A stretch of DNA of 64,000 nt from Eledone cirrhosa (GCA_964016885.1 OZ024759.1:20646001-20710000), one strand, 5' to 3'. Counted from the stretch's first letter, positions 39,221 to 53,080 are shown. The notes: generated by a model from the sequence alone, not told the origin. Made by a program: numbers and translations.

Positions 39221-40914
39221 TGATGGTGGTATTGTTACTGATAACAATGGAGTGAGAATGTTGGATTTTGGTGATGGTGTTGGTGGTGGTGGGGGTGATG
39301 GCAGTGTTAATGGTTGGGGTGGTGGGGTGATGGTGGTATTGATAGTGATAGCAATGGAGTGAGAATGTTGGATTTTGGTGTTGGTGGTGGTGCTGATAGT
39401 AATGATGGTGGTGTTGGTGGTGGTGGTGGTGGTGGTGTTGGTGATGGTGGTGGTGCTGGTGGTGTTATGTTGAGGATGGTAGTGAGAATATGGTGCCAGG
39501 GATGTCAGTAAAGAATGGTTGGATGAGGGTGGTGGTGGTAGTGGTGGTGGTTCTCTGTAAAATGGAGGAGGAAGGAGGGCTGGGTGGGGGGGGGGTCTTG
39601 TTTGGAGCATGGAGATATCTATTTATAGTAACTGATCTCTATGGCTGCTTATGAAACAAGCTATTAACCTGTAGTCATGTGGTGACACAGGGGTCAGACG
39701 TGGGGTGTGGGGAGGAGTGAGATGGGGGGTTTTTGTTGTATGGGGGGGGGGGGTAGCTGTTGTAATAGTGGTGCTGGTGATTGGTGGTGGTGGTGGTGGT
39801 TGTTGTGGTGGTAGTGCTGCTGGTGATTGTCGTGGTGGTTGTTATTGTGCTGGTGGTGATTGTTGTGGGGGTGGTGGTTGTTGTTGTGGTGGTGTTTGTT
39901 GTTGTTGTGGTGATTGTGGTGGTGGTGGTAGTGCTGGTGGTGATGGTGGTGATTGCTGTGGGGGTGGTGGTTGTTGTGGTGGTGATTGTGGTGGTGGTGA
40001 TTGTGGTGGTGGTGATGGTGGTGATGGTTGTGGGGGTGGTGATGGTTGTGGGGGTGGTGTTTGTTGTAGTGGTGGTGTTTGTTGTGGTGGTGCTGGTGGT
40101 GATTGTTGTTGTGGTGGTGGTGGTGGTGCTGGTTGTTGTTGTGGTGCTGGTGATTGTTGTGGTGGTGGTGGTGGCAGTGCTAGTGATTGTTGTGGTGGTG
40201 GTAGTAGTTGTAGTTGTTGTTGCTGTTGTTTTCATGGGGTGTGGAGGGGTAGTGTCGTTATGGTGGGTGATGAGTGATTTTGTGGGGTGGTGGGGGCGTT
40301 GTGGTGGGGGTTGGGGTGATGCTGTCGTGGGGGTGGTGAGTGTGTTGTGGTAGGGATGTTGTTGTGGTGGGGTGGTGTTGTGTTGTTGTCATGGGGGTGG
40401 GGGTAGTGTTGTTAGTGGTTGATTTCATGGGGGTGGTGTGAGGTGTTGTTGTTGTGGTGGGGGTGTTGTTGTGGTTGTGGTTGTGGTGGTGGGGGTGTTG
40501 TTGTTGTCGTCGTGGTGGGGGTGGGGGCGTAACGTGGGACCAAACTTGATATAAACATCCCACACCTTATCAACTCTGACCTACCAGGAATGTCCCCTTC
40601 ATGGTCTGCTGCTAGTGTTGGTGTTGAGGTAGAGGGGTCCTCAGTGGAGCTGGGGCAGGTGTCTGGTGATGTTAGGGATAGGGTTAGTGACGGGGGTGGG
40701 TGGGTGCTGTGAAGGTTGTAATAGTAGTAGTGTGGTGGAGGTGTGTGTGGTGGTGGGAGCTGTTGATAGTAGTAATAACAGTAATGTGGTGGTGGCTGTG
40801 GGGAGAAGAGGGAGTATGGTGGTGGTGGTGGTGGTTGCAGTAGTGGTGTGGTGGTGGCAGGAGCTTTGTAGTGGTGGTGGTGTTGGTAGTGGTGGTTGTA
40901 GTTGTGTAGTAGAA

Positions 40915-41324
40915 ATAATTGTTTCTGATTTAGGCACATGGCTAATTTGGGGAAAGGGGAAAGTCAGTTAAATCAACCCAGTACATTACTGGTACTTTAT
41001 TTTATCGACCCCGTAAGGACGAAAGGCAAAGTTAACCTCAGCAGGATTTGAACTCAGAACGTAAAGGGTCGTAACTCTATGCCATAAAGTATATTCACCG
41101 ACGCTCTACCGATACTGCCAATCTACCACCCTTATGTAGTAGTAATAATTGTTTCTACTTTTGGCACAAGGCCAGCAATTATCCCAGTGCATTACTGGTA
41201 CTTTATTTTATCGACCCCGTAAGGATGAAAAGCAAAGTTAACCTCGGCGGGATTTGAACTCAGACCATAGAGGGCCGTAACTCTATGCTGCAAAGCATCT
41301 ACCGATACTGCCAATCCACTGCCC
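40915..41324 (-). mobile_element. Two head-to-tail SINE family B copies
   Basis: Reverse complements of 9078-9297. Confidence 0.9.
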
Positions 41325-41449
41325 TAGTAGTAGTAATAATAGTAGCAGAATGTGGTACAACTCCCTGGTTAAGTGTAGAGCCATTGCTGTAAGATAGACA
41401 AATGTGTTGTTAACTTGAGGTGTTGAGTTCAAATCTCCAAAGAATGTGG

Positions 41450-41995
41450 TTTAAAGTGTTGTTAGTCTGGCTTAAAGTGTTGTTAGTCTGGTTTAAAGTG
41501 TTGTTAGTCTGGCTTAAAGTGTTGTTCGTCTGGCTTACAGTGTTGTTAGTTTGGTTTATAGTATTGTTAGGCTCGCTTAGTGTTGTTAGTCTGGCTTACA
41601 GTGTTGTTAGTCTGGCTTATAGAGGTGTTAGTCTGGCTTAAAGTGTTGTTAGTCTGGCTTACAGCGTTGTTAGTTTGGTTTATAGTATTGTTAGGCTCGC
41701 TTAGTGTTGTTAGTCTGGCTTACAGTGTTGTTAGTCTGGCTTATAGAGGTGTTAGTCTGGCTTATAGAGGTGTTAGTCTGGCTTAAAGTGTTGTTAGTCT
41801 GGCTTAAAGTGTTGTTAGACTGGCTTAAAGTGTTGTTAGTCTAGTTTAAAGTGTTGTTAGTCTGGCTTAAAGTGTTGTTAGTCTGGCTTAAAGTGTTGTT
41901 AGACTGGCTTAAAGTGTTGTTAGTCTAGTTTAAAGTGTTGTTAGTCTGGTTTATAGAGATATTGTTCTGGCTTAAAGGAGAGTTAGTCTGGTTTA
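41450..41995. repeat. 21-bp minisatellite GTGTTGTTAGTCTGGCTTAAA
   Basis: About 26 units with a higher-order duplication of ~6 units. Confidence 0.93.
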
Positions 41996-42060
41996 ATAGA
42001 ATGTAGTCTAGGTTTTTATGATGACAGCAGCAACTATTTTTTTAATGATAAATATGTAAC

Positions 42061-42102
<42 letters not shown>

Positions 42103-42256
42103 TCACAGATATATACATATATATGCATATATCTTTTTAGTGCTAGAGTGCTTTGATAGTGTGGAATCATATGTGAAATGTCGACACCCCCTGCCCCTCA
42201 CATACACAAACCTCCATCTAACCCTTGCAAGTAGGGAAAACAAGCGTTAAATGAGA

Positions 42257-42322
<66 letters not shown>

Positions 42323-43302
42323 TATAACATTTTTAAAACATGTAATGAATCTGGACAGACAGCTGATAAGGCATCTCTGAAGACATGCTCTATGCACACA
42401 GACACACTCTCACATAATTACATACACATAGTCATACCCTCTGGCACACGAGCACAGACACACACTTAACCACACCCACCCACATAAACACATGCTAGCA
42501 CACAGGCACAGACATATACACACATGTACATGAACACACACAGAGACAAGGGCTCATATACACATAAACACAAATACAAACAGAAACATCGGCATAGACA
42601 CCCATACTTACACTTATCCACAAACATACACAAACACAGCCACACACAGAGAGACAAGGGCATAGACACACAAACACACACAAACACAACCTTAACCACA
42701 AACACGCACAAACACAACCTTAAACACAAACACACACAAACACAACCTTAAACAAACAAAACTTTAACCACAAACACACACAAACACAACCTTAAATACA
42801 AACACACACAAACACAACCTTAACCACAAACACACAACCTTAAACAAACACAACCTTAACCACAAACACAACCTTAAACACAAACACAACCTTAAACACA
42901 AACACACAAACACAACCTTAAACACAAACACACATACAAACACAAACACAGAGAGAGGGAGAGAGAGAGAGACATGGGCAGAACTACAAAAATGTTAGAA
43001 AAACATTATAAAACTGTTAGCATGGAAATATATTTTTTCTCAGCAAAACATGAATGATAGTTTTATTATGTGATGGTACAGCTAAGTGGTTAAACGTAGG
43101 AAGCTGATGTTAAATAGAATAAACAAAATATATACAGGCTATATATACATTGACTTAGGGAAACAACTGTATATACATATATACATACATATATACCCAT
43201 GTATATATATATATACATGATTATATACATATACATGCATACATTAACTTATGGAAACAACTGCATGCATACTTACATACATATTTACTCACATACATGC
43301 AA

Positions 43303-43350
<48 letters not shown>

Positions 43351-43391
43351 ATATTTATATATATACAAACATATTTACATATATTCATACA

Positions 43392-43445
<54 letters not shown>

Positions 43446-43568
43446 TACACACACATACAAACATATATACATATATAGATACAAACGCATATACATACAA
43501 ACATTTACATATATGCATCAAACATATTTACATATATACAAATACACACATATATATATATACATATA

Positions 43569-43761
43569 TATGAGGTCTGACTGAAAAGTAACAGGACTGG
43601 TGTCAACAACAATTTATTTCAATTCCAAACAACAAACTACATGGTTTCACCTTCAAAGTAACCCCCTTCAAGTATAATATACCTTTCCATCCTTCTTTAC
43701 CATGTGTCTATGCCCTGCTGGAAAGATTCTTCTGAGATGCCCCTCAGCTCCTTCATTATGG
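43569..43761 (-). mobile_element. Mariner transposon right-end remnant
   Basis: Minus: ELRGISEESFQQGIDTW*RRMERYIILEGGYFE resembles a mariner transposase C-terminus; TIR-like TA|TGAGGTCTGACTGAAAAGTAACAGGACT. Confidence 0.8.
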
Positions 43762-43764
43762 GGG

Positions 43765-43800
43765 TCTTAACGTTTCGGACGCTAGTCCTTCATCAGAAGA
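43765..43800 (-). ncRNA. Minimal type-I hammerhead ribozyme (Penelope-type)
   Basis: Minus: UCUU-CUGAUGA-A-GGAC-UAGC-GUCC-GAAA-CG-UU-AAGA; perfect 4-bp helices I and II, palindromic ACGU helix III. Confidence 0.72.
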
Positions 43801-43909
43801 AAGAATGAGAAATAAAATAAATTAAGGGGACGGGCGGGATGGAATTGGAAAAAAATGTCTTTAGATAAAAATAATAGGTCCATTCATGTTGACATCTCTC
43901 TCTCTCTCT

Positions 43910-43942
<33 letters not shown>

Positions 43943-44667
43943 CACACACCACCACCACCACTACTGATACACACACATACATATATAAAGAATTTGCCAC
44001 TTCCACATACAGCAATATTTAGAGAGACTTATAGAAAGAGTAAGTAGTAATAGTCCCAAAGTAGTTTCTATCAGTGGGTGTTGGTTCCTTGGCGCTATCC
44101 TCTTCATGATTATATTATATGGTTATTTCTAGAATCAATTGGCTGGGAATAATTTCAAATATCTTTAAACTCTCTCTCTCTCTCCCCCCCCTCCTCTCTC
44201 TGGGAGGCTCACTCTGCCAATCTTCATATTTTTATGTCTTAAACTTATTCTCATATTCTCTTCCAAGTTTGCCAAATTCTCAAAAGACCAATTCACACTC
44301 AATGCGGGTTTCCATCTCTCTCTTTTTCTCTCATGTAGGTATTTATTTACACATACACATGTATCTGTATTTATAAATGTGCATATACACACAAATATAA
44401 ATGCACACACACATATATACACATACACACATATATATATATATGTGTGTATGTGTGTGTCTGTATGTATAATCTTAGTTTCTATTTTCTTGTTGAGTCA
44501 TATTTTTCACAAAATAAAATGCCAGTGTCATAACTCAGAAGAGGTTATAAGAAATAGCAGTCAAATCTCCCTCAAATCACATCCTTAAATCACATATCTG
44601 AAATGAACAAATGGCACATGAGATAAACTGGAATTAAATACATAATAATAATGTTGATAATAATAAT

Positions 44668-45340
44668 AATGTTTCTACTTTTGGCACAAGGCCAGCAATT
44701 ACCCCAGTGCATTACTGGTACTTTATTTTATTGAACCCGTAAGGATGAAAGGCAAAGTTAACCTTGGCAGATTTGAAAGGGCCATAACCCTATACTGCAA
44801 AGCAATGTGTCTGATCCTCTACCGATACTGCCAATCCACTGCCCGTTTCTATATAATAATAATTGTTTCTACTATTGGCACAAGGCCAGCAATACCCCAG
44901 TGCATTACTGGTACTTTATTTTATCGACCCCGTAAGGATGAAAGGCAAAGTTAACAATAATGATTTCTAGTATAGGCACAAGGTCAGTAATTTGGGGGGA
45001 AGGGAAAGTCGATTAAATTAATCCCAGTACATTACAGGTGCTTTATTTTATCGACCCCGTAAGGATGAAAGGCAAAGTTAACCTTGGCGGATTTGAAATC
45101 AGAACGTAAAGGGCCATAACTCTGTGCTGCAAAGCATGGTGTCTGACGCTCTACCAATACTGCCAATCCGCCGCCCATTTCTATATAATAATAACAATAA
45201 TTTCAGGTTTAGGCACAGGGCCAACAATTTAATTTTTTGGTGGGAGAGAGAGGGGAAAGTCGATTAAATCAACCTCAGTGCATTACTGCTACTTTATCTT
45301 ACCAACCCCGTAAGGATGAAAGGCAAAGCTAGCCTTGCTC
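44668..45340 (-). mobile_element. Cluster of four head-to-tail SINE family B copies
   Basis: Repeated GGCACAAGGCCAGC...AAGGATGAAAGGCAAAG blocks separated by (AAT)n. Confidence 0.88.
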
Positions 45341-46519
45341 CCACCCTAAAAGCTATGGAGCATTTCATCATCCCTGCAAATATATCACCTCCCCTCCATA
45401 CCAAAGAAAATATTTTAAAAGTAAAAAAAAATTTCTCAACCCCTTGAATTTAGAGAAGAACCTTCTCTTTCTTCCTCTCTGCACCCCTCCCTTGCTCTGG
45501 GGCCCTCCTGAATGCTGTTTAGTTCTGCTGTGCAAAATTTCACTTGAGGTGGGGGGTCTTGTCAGGGTTGGGTGGTGAAATGGAGGGGGCTGGTTCTTAA
45601 ACATCCTACATTAATCCCCATCTCCACCACCTGCGTGGATCCCTCATCCCACCCAACAGTATTAGTAACCCCATCACTACCACCACCAATACAAACACTA
45701 CCACCCCACCACCAACACCCCACCACCACCAACACCCCACCACCACCAACACCACCAATAAAAACACTACCACTACCACCCCACCACCAACACCACACCA
45801 CCAACACCACTAATATCACCACCACCACCAATACAAACACTACCACTACCACTACCACCCCACCACCACCAACACCACCAATAAAAACACTACCACTACC
45901 ACCCCACCACCAACACCACACCACCAACACCACTAATATCACCACCACCACCAACACCCCACCACCACCACCCTACCACCACCAACACCACTATATCACC
46001 ACCACCACCACCAATATCACCACCACCACCACCACCAATACAAACACTACCACCCCACCACCAACACCATCACCACCACCACCAACAACAACAACACCAC
46101 CACCAGCAGCAGCAGCACCACCACCACAAACATGACCGAGAATACTACTACCACCACCACCAACAACACCAACACCACCACCTATACCACCGAGAATACC
46201 ACCGAGAATACCACCACCACCACCACAACACCACCACCACCACAAGATCACCACCACCACAAGATCACCACCACAAGACCACCACAAGACCACAACACCA
46301 CCACCACCACAACACCACCACCACCGCCGCCACCACCAATGCCCCCACCACCACCACCACCACCACCACCACTAATCACGTCTTATAAGTCTGTTTGAAA
46401 TATGGTAGAAATCTTCATTGGTAAATATATCACTTCAATACAGATGGAGCAACTAACATCCAGAGAGAGGCCAGCATCTCTACTTTAATTTGTGGTCTCA
46501 TCTGTATAGAGGGTAGGGT

Positions 46520-47125
46520 AGTGTGGGTGGTGCTTCTCTCTGGGGTTAGGGGATGGAGGCCTGCCCCTCTTGGTGGGTGGGTGGGTGGGTGTGGTAGTGC
46601 TTCTCTCTGGAGGTTAGGGGGTGGAGGCCTCCCCCTCTCTGTGGGGTAGTATGGGGTGGTACTTCTCTCTGGGGGTTAGGGATGGAGGCCTCCCCCTCTC
46701 TGTGGGGTAGTGTGGGGTGGTGCTTCTCTCTGGAGGTTAGAGGGTGGAGTCCTCCCCCTCTCTGTGGGGTAGTATGGGGTGGTGCTTCTCTCTGGGGGTT
46801 ATGGGTGGAGGCCTCCCGCTCTCTGTGGGGGTAGTGTGGAGTGGAGCTTCTCTCTGGGGTTAGGGGTGGAGGCCTCCCCCTCTGTGGGGTAGTGTGGCAT
46901 GGTGCTTCTCTCTGGGGGTTAGGGGTTGGAGTCCTCCGCCTCTTGGTGGGTGGGTGTGGTAGTGCTTCTCTCTGGTGGTTAGGGGTGAAGTCCCCCTCTC
47001 TCGGTGGGGTGGAGTGGGGTAGTGCTTCTCTGAAGGTTAGAGGGTGGAGTCCTCCCCCTCTCGGTGTGGTGCAGTGGGGTAGTGCTTCTCTGAATGTTAA
47101 GGGGTGGGGTGGAGACAAGCCTCCC
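46520..47125. repeat. ~61-bp G-rich minisatellite
   Basis: Unit GTGCTTCTCTCTGGGGGTTAGGGGTGGAGGCCTCCCCCTCTCTGTGGGGTAGTGTGGGGTG, about 10 copies. Confidence 0.9.
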
Positions 47126-47199
47126 CCCTCCTTGTGGAAAGTCTGTCATTTTCACACATTATTTATGGTGTCAAACAACACTGCCACAACTGATACTAT

Positions 47200-47740
47200 T
47201 TTGTGGTTGTAGTGGTGGTGGTGGTGGGGTTATTCTTGTTGTGGTGGTGGTGGGGTTATTCTTGTTGTGGTGGTGGTGGGGTTATTCTTGTTGTGGTGGT
47301 GGTGGGGTTATTCTTGTTGTGGTGGTGGTGGTGGAGGTGGGGTTATTCTTGTTGTGGTGGTGGCGGGGTTATTCTTGTTGTGGTGGTGGCGGGGTTATTC
47401 TTGTTGTGGTGGTGATGGTGGAGGTGGGGTTATTCTTGTTGTGATGGTGGAGGTGGGGTTATTCTTGTTGTGTTGGTGATGGGGTTATTCCTGTTGTGGT
47501 TGTGGTGGTGGTGGGGTTATTCTTGTGGTGGTGGGGTTGTTGTTGTTATTGGCAGTGAGGTTGTTGTTGTTGTGGTGGTGGGGTTGTTGTTGTTATTGGC
47601 AGTGAGGTTGTTGTTGTTGTGGTGGTGGGGTTGTTGTTGTTATTGGCAGTGAGGTTGTTGTTGTTGTGGTGGTGGGGTTGTTGTTGTTATTGGCGGTGAG
47701 GTTGTTGTTGTTGTGGTGGTGGTGGGGTTATTCTTGTTGT
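47200..47740. repeat. ~24-bp minisatellite GGTGGGGTTATTCTTGTTGTGGT
   Basis: Direct reading. Confidence 0.85.
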
Positions 47741-49852
47741 GGTGGTAAAAGTATTGGTATTGGTGTTGGTGGTAGTGGTAGTGGTGCTAGTGGTGTTGGG
47801 GGTAGTGGTGTTTGTGGTAGTGGTGGTAGTGGTAGTGGTGTTTGTGGCAATAGTATTAGTGGTAATGGTATTGGTGGTAGTAGTAGTGGTGTTTGTGGTA
47901 GTAGTAATTGTGGTATTGGTGTTTATGTTGGTGGTAGTGGTGTTTGTGGTGGTAGTGGTGTTTATGGTGGTGGTAGTGGTGTTTGTGGTGGTGGTAGTGG
48001 TGTTTGTGGTGGTGGTAGTGGTGTTTGTAGTGGTGTTTGTGGTGGTGGTGTTTGTGTTTGGTATTGGTGGTGGTGGTAGCGATGGTGATGGTGGTAGCGA
48101 TGGTGATGGTGGTGTTGGTGATGGTATTGTTGGTGATGTTGTTCATGTTGTTGGCATTGTTGGTGAAGGTGTTGTTAATGGTGTTGGCGTTGTTCTGTAC
48201 TATAAGTGAATATGATGATGATGATGATGATGATGATCTGTAATATAAGTAAATTCCCTGTTGGTGATGGTAGAGGTGATATTGTTATTGATGTTGTTGT
48301 TGTGTACTATAAGTAAATTCCTTGTTGTTGTTGTTATTAAAATAAAATAAAACATCAGAAACGTAGATAAAATGAAATAAAGGCGTCACATGTGAGAAGT
48401 GACAGCAATTTTAGTCTAAAGTTTCCTCTCATCAGAAATGTCTTTATTACTTTTGATAGCTTTTCATCGGGGTTTGATGTTGGAATCTAAGTTGGACAGT
48501 ATAATAGGGATTTTTTATGTGTCACACACCACACACCACACTACCACCACACCACATACCATAGACCCCCCACCCCACCACACCACATACTGTAGACCAC
48601 ACCACATACCATAGACCATATCACATACCATACCATACTACACAATACAGCTTACTAAAGCACATCACACTACACAACACAGCCTACTAAACCACACTGC
48701 ACCACAACTCACACACTACGTTACACCACTACACAACACAGCCTACTAAACCACACTGCACCATAACACACATTATGTTACACCACACCACAACACAGCC
48801 TACTAAACCACACTGCACTACACCACATACTGTAGACCGCACCACATACCATAGACCATATCACATGCCATACAACACAGCCAACTAAAGCACATTACAC
48901 TACACAACACAGCCAACTAACCACACTGCATCACACTACACCACACCACACTACACCACCACACTGGACTGTACATTGCACACTACACTACAGCATACCA
49001 CACCAGACCATAATAAACTACACCAAACGCCACAACACAACACGGCCTACTAAACCCCACTACACCACAACATACTCATCTCGTTACGCCACAACACGGC
49101 CTACTAAACCACACAACACCTCAACACACACACACTACGTTACACCACAACACAACACTGCCTACTAAACCACACTACACCACAACACACTCATCACATT
49201 ACACCACACCACAACACTGCCTACTAAACCCCACTACACTACAACACACTCATCACGTTACACCACAACACTGCCTACTAAACCCCACTACACCACAATA
49301 CACTACAACCTACTAAACCACACTACATCACCTCACCACAGACATACACACAACCCGGCCCCCACACACATACACAATACAGTCCACAAATACACACATA
49401 CACAACCCCACGCAACATATATACACACAACCCCACACTGCACACATACACACAACCACACACTGCACACATACACACAACCACACACTGCACACAAAAC
49501 AGCCCATACACACACAAACCTCTGAGTTCAAATTCTACCAAGGTTCACCCTGCCTTTCATTCTTTTGTGGGGTTGATAAAATGAAGACCCAGATCAGTGC
49601 TGGTGCAGCCCTCTCTCTCATTCCAACTGTCACATCCTGGCTTTTCTGCTCGATCAAAGGAAGAAGGGTTAAGAAGATATCTGTGTCTGCTTGTGACTGC
49701 ATGGGCACCTAAAACCCTTAGCAAAAGCATAATACACTCTACCAAGTCATACTTGATTGTGAGTGATTGATAGCAAGACGGTCATCTGACCTGTATGGCC
49801 TTATACCGTGACAGCCTGTTTAACCCATGTAAACATGGAAAATAGCCATTAA

Positions 49853-50118
49853 CCTCTTCAGTGCCGTAGATGAGATAACTCCTCATAACATTTTTTTATT
49901 CTTTTCGAACAGTTCATAACTTCAAAGTTATGAACTTGTTTCCAACAGTTCATAACTTCAAAGCTAGATGGGGGTTACTAGTTTATTGATGTGACGTTTG
50001 TCAATCATTCAGATATGAGTTGTTAATAAATGTTTGTTTAAAAAAATAATCATTTTACTGAACAAAAAAATCAGCACAGCAACTGTAGCTGTGTAAAATA
50101 TACACAGCAGTCAACAGG
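49853..50118. mobile_element. piggyBac-type MITE, second family
   Basis: TTAA|CCTCTTCAGTGCCGTAGATGAGATAACTC...GTCAACAGG|TTAA; partial inverted copy at ~8762-8854. Confidence 0.8.
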
Positions 50119-50297
50119 TTAAATGCTAATGATGCTATGTATGCATCTATATATAAATTTGAGCAACTTTCGTCTATCACACATATTCATGTGTATTTCT
50201 CTCCTTACTGATTTATAAAGAGCTCAGAATCTGTTCCTTGAGCTTATTAAATTATATGAGAGTTTTTAACTCGACATTTTAATTTTATATATATCAT

Positions 50298-50590
50298 ATC
50301 ATCATCATCTTCGTTTTAATGTCCATCTTCCACGCGAGCATGGGTTAGACGGGAGTTGTCCCACTTGAGGCAAGGTTGGTTGGGTGACCGTGTCTCGCTC
50401 ATATAGGACTATCTGGCAGGTTTTCTATGGCTGGATGCCCTTCCTAACACCAACCACGTTTACAGTGTGGAACTGGGAACTTTTTACCGTGTTACCTACA
50501 CGGCCACATTACAGTGTGGACTGTGTTTTTTTTTTTTGTTTTGTTTTTTGTTGTGACACCTACACGATCTCGATATCTCATTTATTTGGA
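50298..50590 (-). mobile_element. SINE/RTE-tail element, sister of 2877-3135
   Basis: Colinear with high identity. Confidence 0.88.
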
Positions 50591-50596
50591 CTGGAT

Positions 50597-50639
<43 letters not shown>

Positions 50640-50954
50640 GTAGTATGTGTATATATGTATGTAGTATGTGTATATATATATATATATGTATGTGTATATA
50701 TATATATGTATGTGTATATATATATATATATGTATGTATATATATATACACATACATATATATGTATGTATGTATGTGTATATATATGTATGTATATATA
50801 TATACACATATATATATATGTGTACATATATATGTATATATATATACACATACATGTGTATATATGTGTATGTATGTGTAAATGTATGTATGTATGTATA
50901 TATATGTATATGTATGTGTATATATATATATGTGTATATGTATGTGTATATATA

Positions 50955-50993
<39 letters not shown>

Positions 50994-51044
50994 ATATATA
51001 TATATATATGTGTGTATATATATATATGTATGTGTATATATATA

Positions 51045-51093
<49 letters not shown>

Positions 51094-51110
51094 GTATTTG
51101 TATATATATA

Positions 51111-51183
<73 letters not shown>

Positions 51184-51565
51184 ATATATGTATATATATA
51201 TGTGTGTATATATGTATATATATATGTGTGTATATATATATGTATGTGTATATATGTATATATATATATATGTGTGTGTGTGTGTTTGTATATATATATA
51301 TATATAACTATCAAGACTAGTTTGTGTTTTGTTTTTACATAATTCAATTTATTGAACTGGTTGTATTATGCATATTTCTGAGTGTCTGCGTGCTATTATG
51401 TAATCACAGCTTAGACTGGCATTGCTTATTCAGACACCATGTTGTAGTTAAAGAAACATTACGTGCCAAAACAAATGATATAAAGTTATAGACATAGTTA
51501 AATGAAAGTCTTAGGTCCATTGTGTCCAGTGCTTTGTTAGTGGTTTTTATGTTGTGTTGTACTAA

Positions 51566-51708
51566 CTAGACTTCCTGGTGCCATGCACCAGGAAGTCTAC
51601 GTGGATGGTTTAAAGTCGAGAAGCCACGGGAGGATGTGGAACAAGGTGTATTACATAATGGGGTCGTAGTCGCTGCAGCTAATATTAGCTTTGGCTTTAT
51701 TATATAGA
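51566..51708 (-). mobile_element. Non-autonomous mini-Helitron (143 bp)
   Basis: Minus strand starts TCTATATAATAAAG and ends CTAG|T, with a perfect 15-bp hairpin at the 3' end (51567-51599); 5' flank is T rather than the usual A. Confidence 0.62.
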
Positions 51709-51945
51709 AACTACGTAATATGGCAGCTGCTGTTTGATAATGTCTGTCTTCTCCAATAAGTGGCTATTGCAGTCTGGTTGTGTAAGCCAAATTTATGAGA
51801 AAGTATGGTCCAGTTTGATTTGCTGAAGTATGTGGGTAAATATGGTTTGGTTTGGCAGGAGTCATGAGTACAGGTTGGCATTTGGGTTAGGGTGTTTGCT
51901 GAAGGTCATTTGACTGATAGGAGCAATAAGGGTCATATTTACATA

Positions 51946-52285
51946 TCATCATCATCATCATCATCATTTTACGTCCGCTTTTCCCTGCTTGCAAGGGTGG
52001 GACGGGAACTGATTCTGGCTTGATTTCTACAGCTGGATGCCTTTACTAACACCAACCTCATTTACAGTGAGTGCTGGGTGCTTTTTTGCCGTGGCACCCC
52101 CACGACCACTTTGCAGTGGAAAGATAGGGACCACAGTCCAATCATCTCATTTCTACAGCTGAGTAAACTGGAGCAATGTGAAATAAAGTGTCTTGCTCAA
52201 GGAAACAACACATCACCTGGTCTGAGAATTGAACTCACAACCTTTCGATTGCAAGGCCAATGCTCTAACCACTAAGCCATGTGCC
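51946..52285 (-). mobile_element. SINE family A, full length
   Basis: Reverse complement of the 26504-26833 type. Confidence 0.92.
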
Positions 52286-52467
52286 GCCATATATATATAT
52301 ATATATATTTTTTTTTAATACTGTACAAACTACTTTGTCTGTGTCTATATTTATATTTCATCTTTGTCTGTCTTTACAATCCAAGCCCCAACTGTAAACA
52401 GCTTTATGCTCCTCTCTGTGTGTATGTGTGTGCTAAAGCTTAAATATAGGGTATACCCATCTTTGAT

Positions 52468-52865
52468 AATTGTTTCTACTATAGGCACAAGGCCAGCAAT
52501 TTTGGGGGGAGGGAAAGGTGATTAAATCAACCCCAGTGCATTACTGGGGCTTTGCTTTATCAACCTCTTAAGGATGAAAGGCAAATCTAACCTCGGCAGG
52601 AATGGAACTTAGAACAGAAAGAACCGTAACCATATTCCGTAAAGCATATCGTCTGACACTCTACCGATTCTGCCAATCCATATCTTTAATGATTATAATG
52701 GTTTCTGATTTAGCTATGTTTTCATCTTGAAAGCCTGGTAATGTTGTGCAAAGTCAACTGTTAATATTATAACTTTGCCTTTCATCCTTACGGGGTCGAT
52801 AAAATAAAGTACCAGTCATCTGCTGGGTAATTGCTGGCCTTGTGCCAATGGTAGAAACAATATTA
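52468..52865. mobile_element. SINE family B copy (-) plus partial copy (+)
   Basis: 52468-52680 on minus, ~52770-52865 on plus. Confidence 0.82.
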
Positions 52866-53030
52866 TAAAGACTCAACTTCTACAGTATATGTTGATTGAG
52901 CTTTTTTTTTTTTTTCATTTGTACCCCAAATGATACATATATATGTATATATCAACTGTGTATATAGTTATATATGATGGTTTCATATGAATGAAACAGT
53001 TCTACTCCTGTAGCAGTCATTTCTATATAA

Positions 53031-53078
<48 letters not shown>

Positions 53079-53080
53079 AA

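Noticed and set aside
48415-48440. CUGAUGA...GAAA on the minus strand as a hammerhead
   Set aside because: Only 3 nt between the core elements, so no helix II can form.
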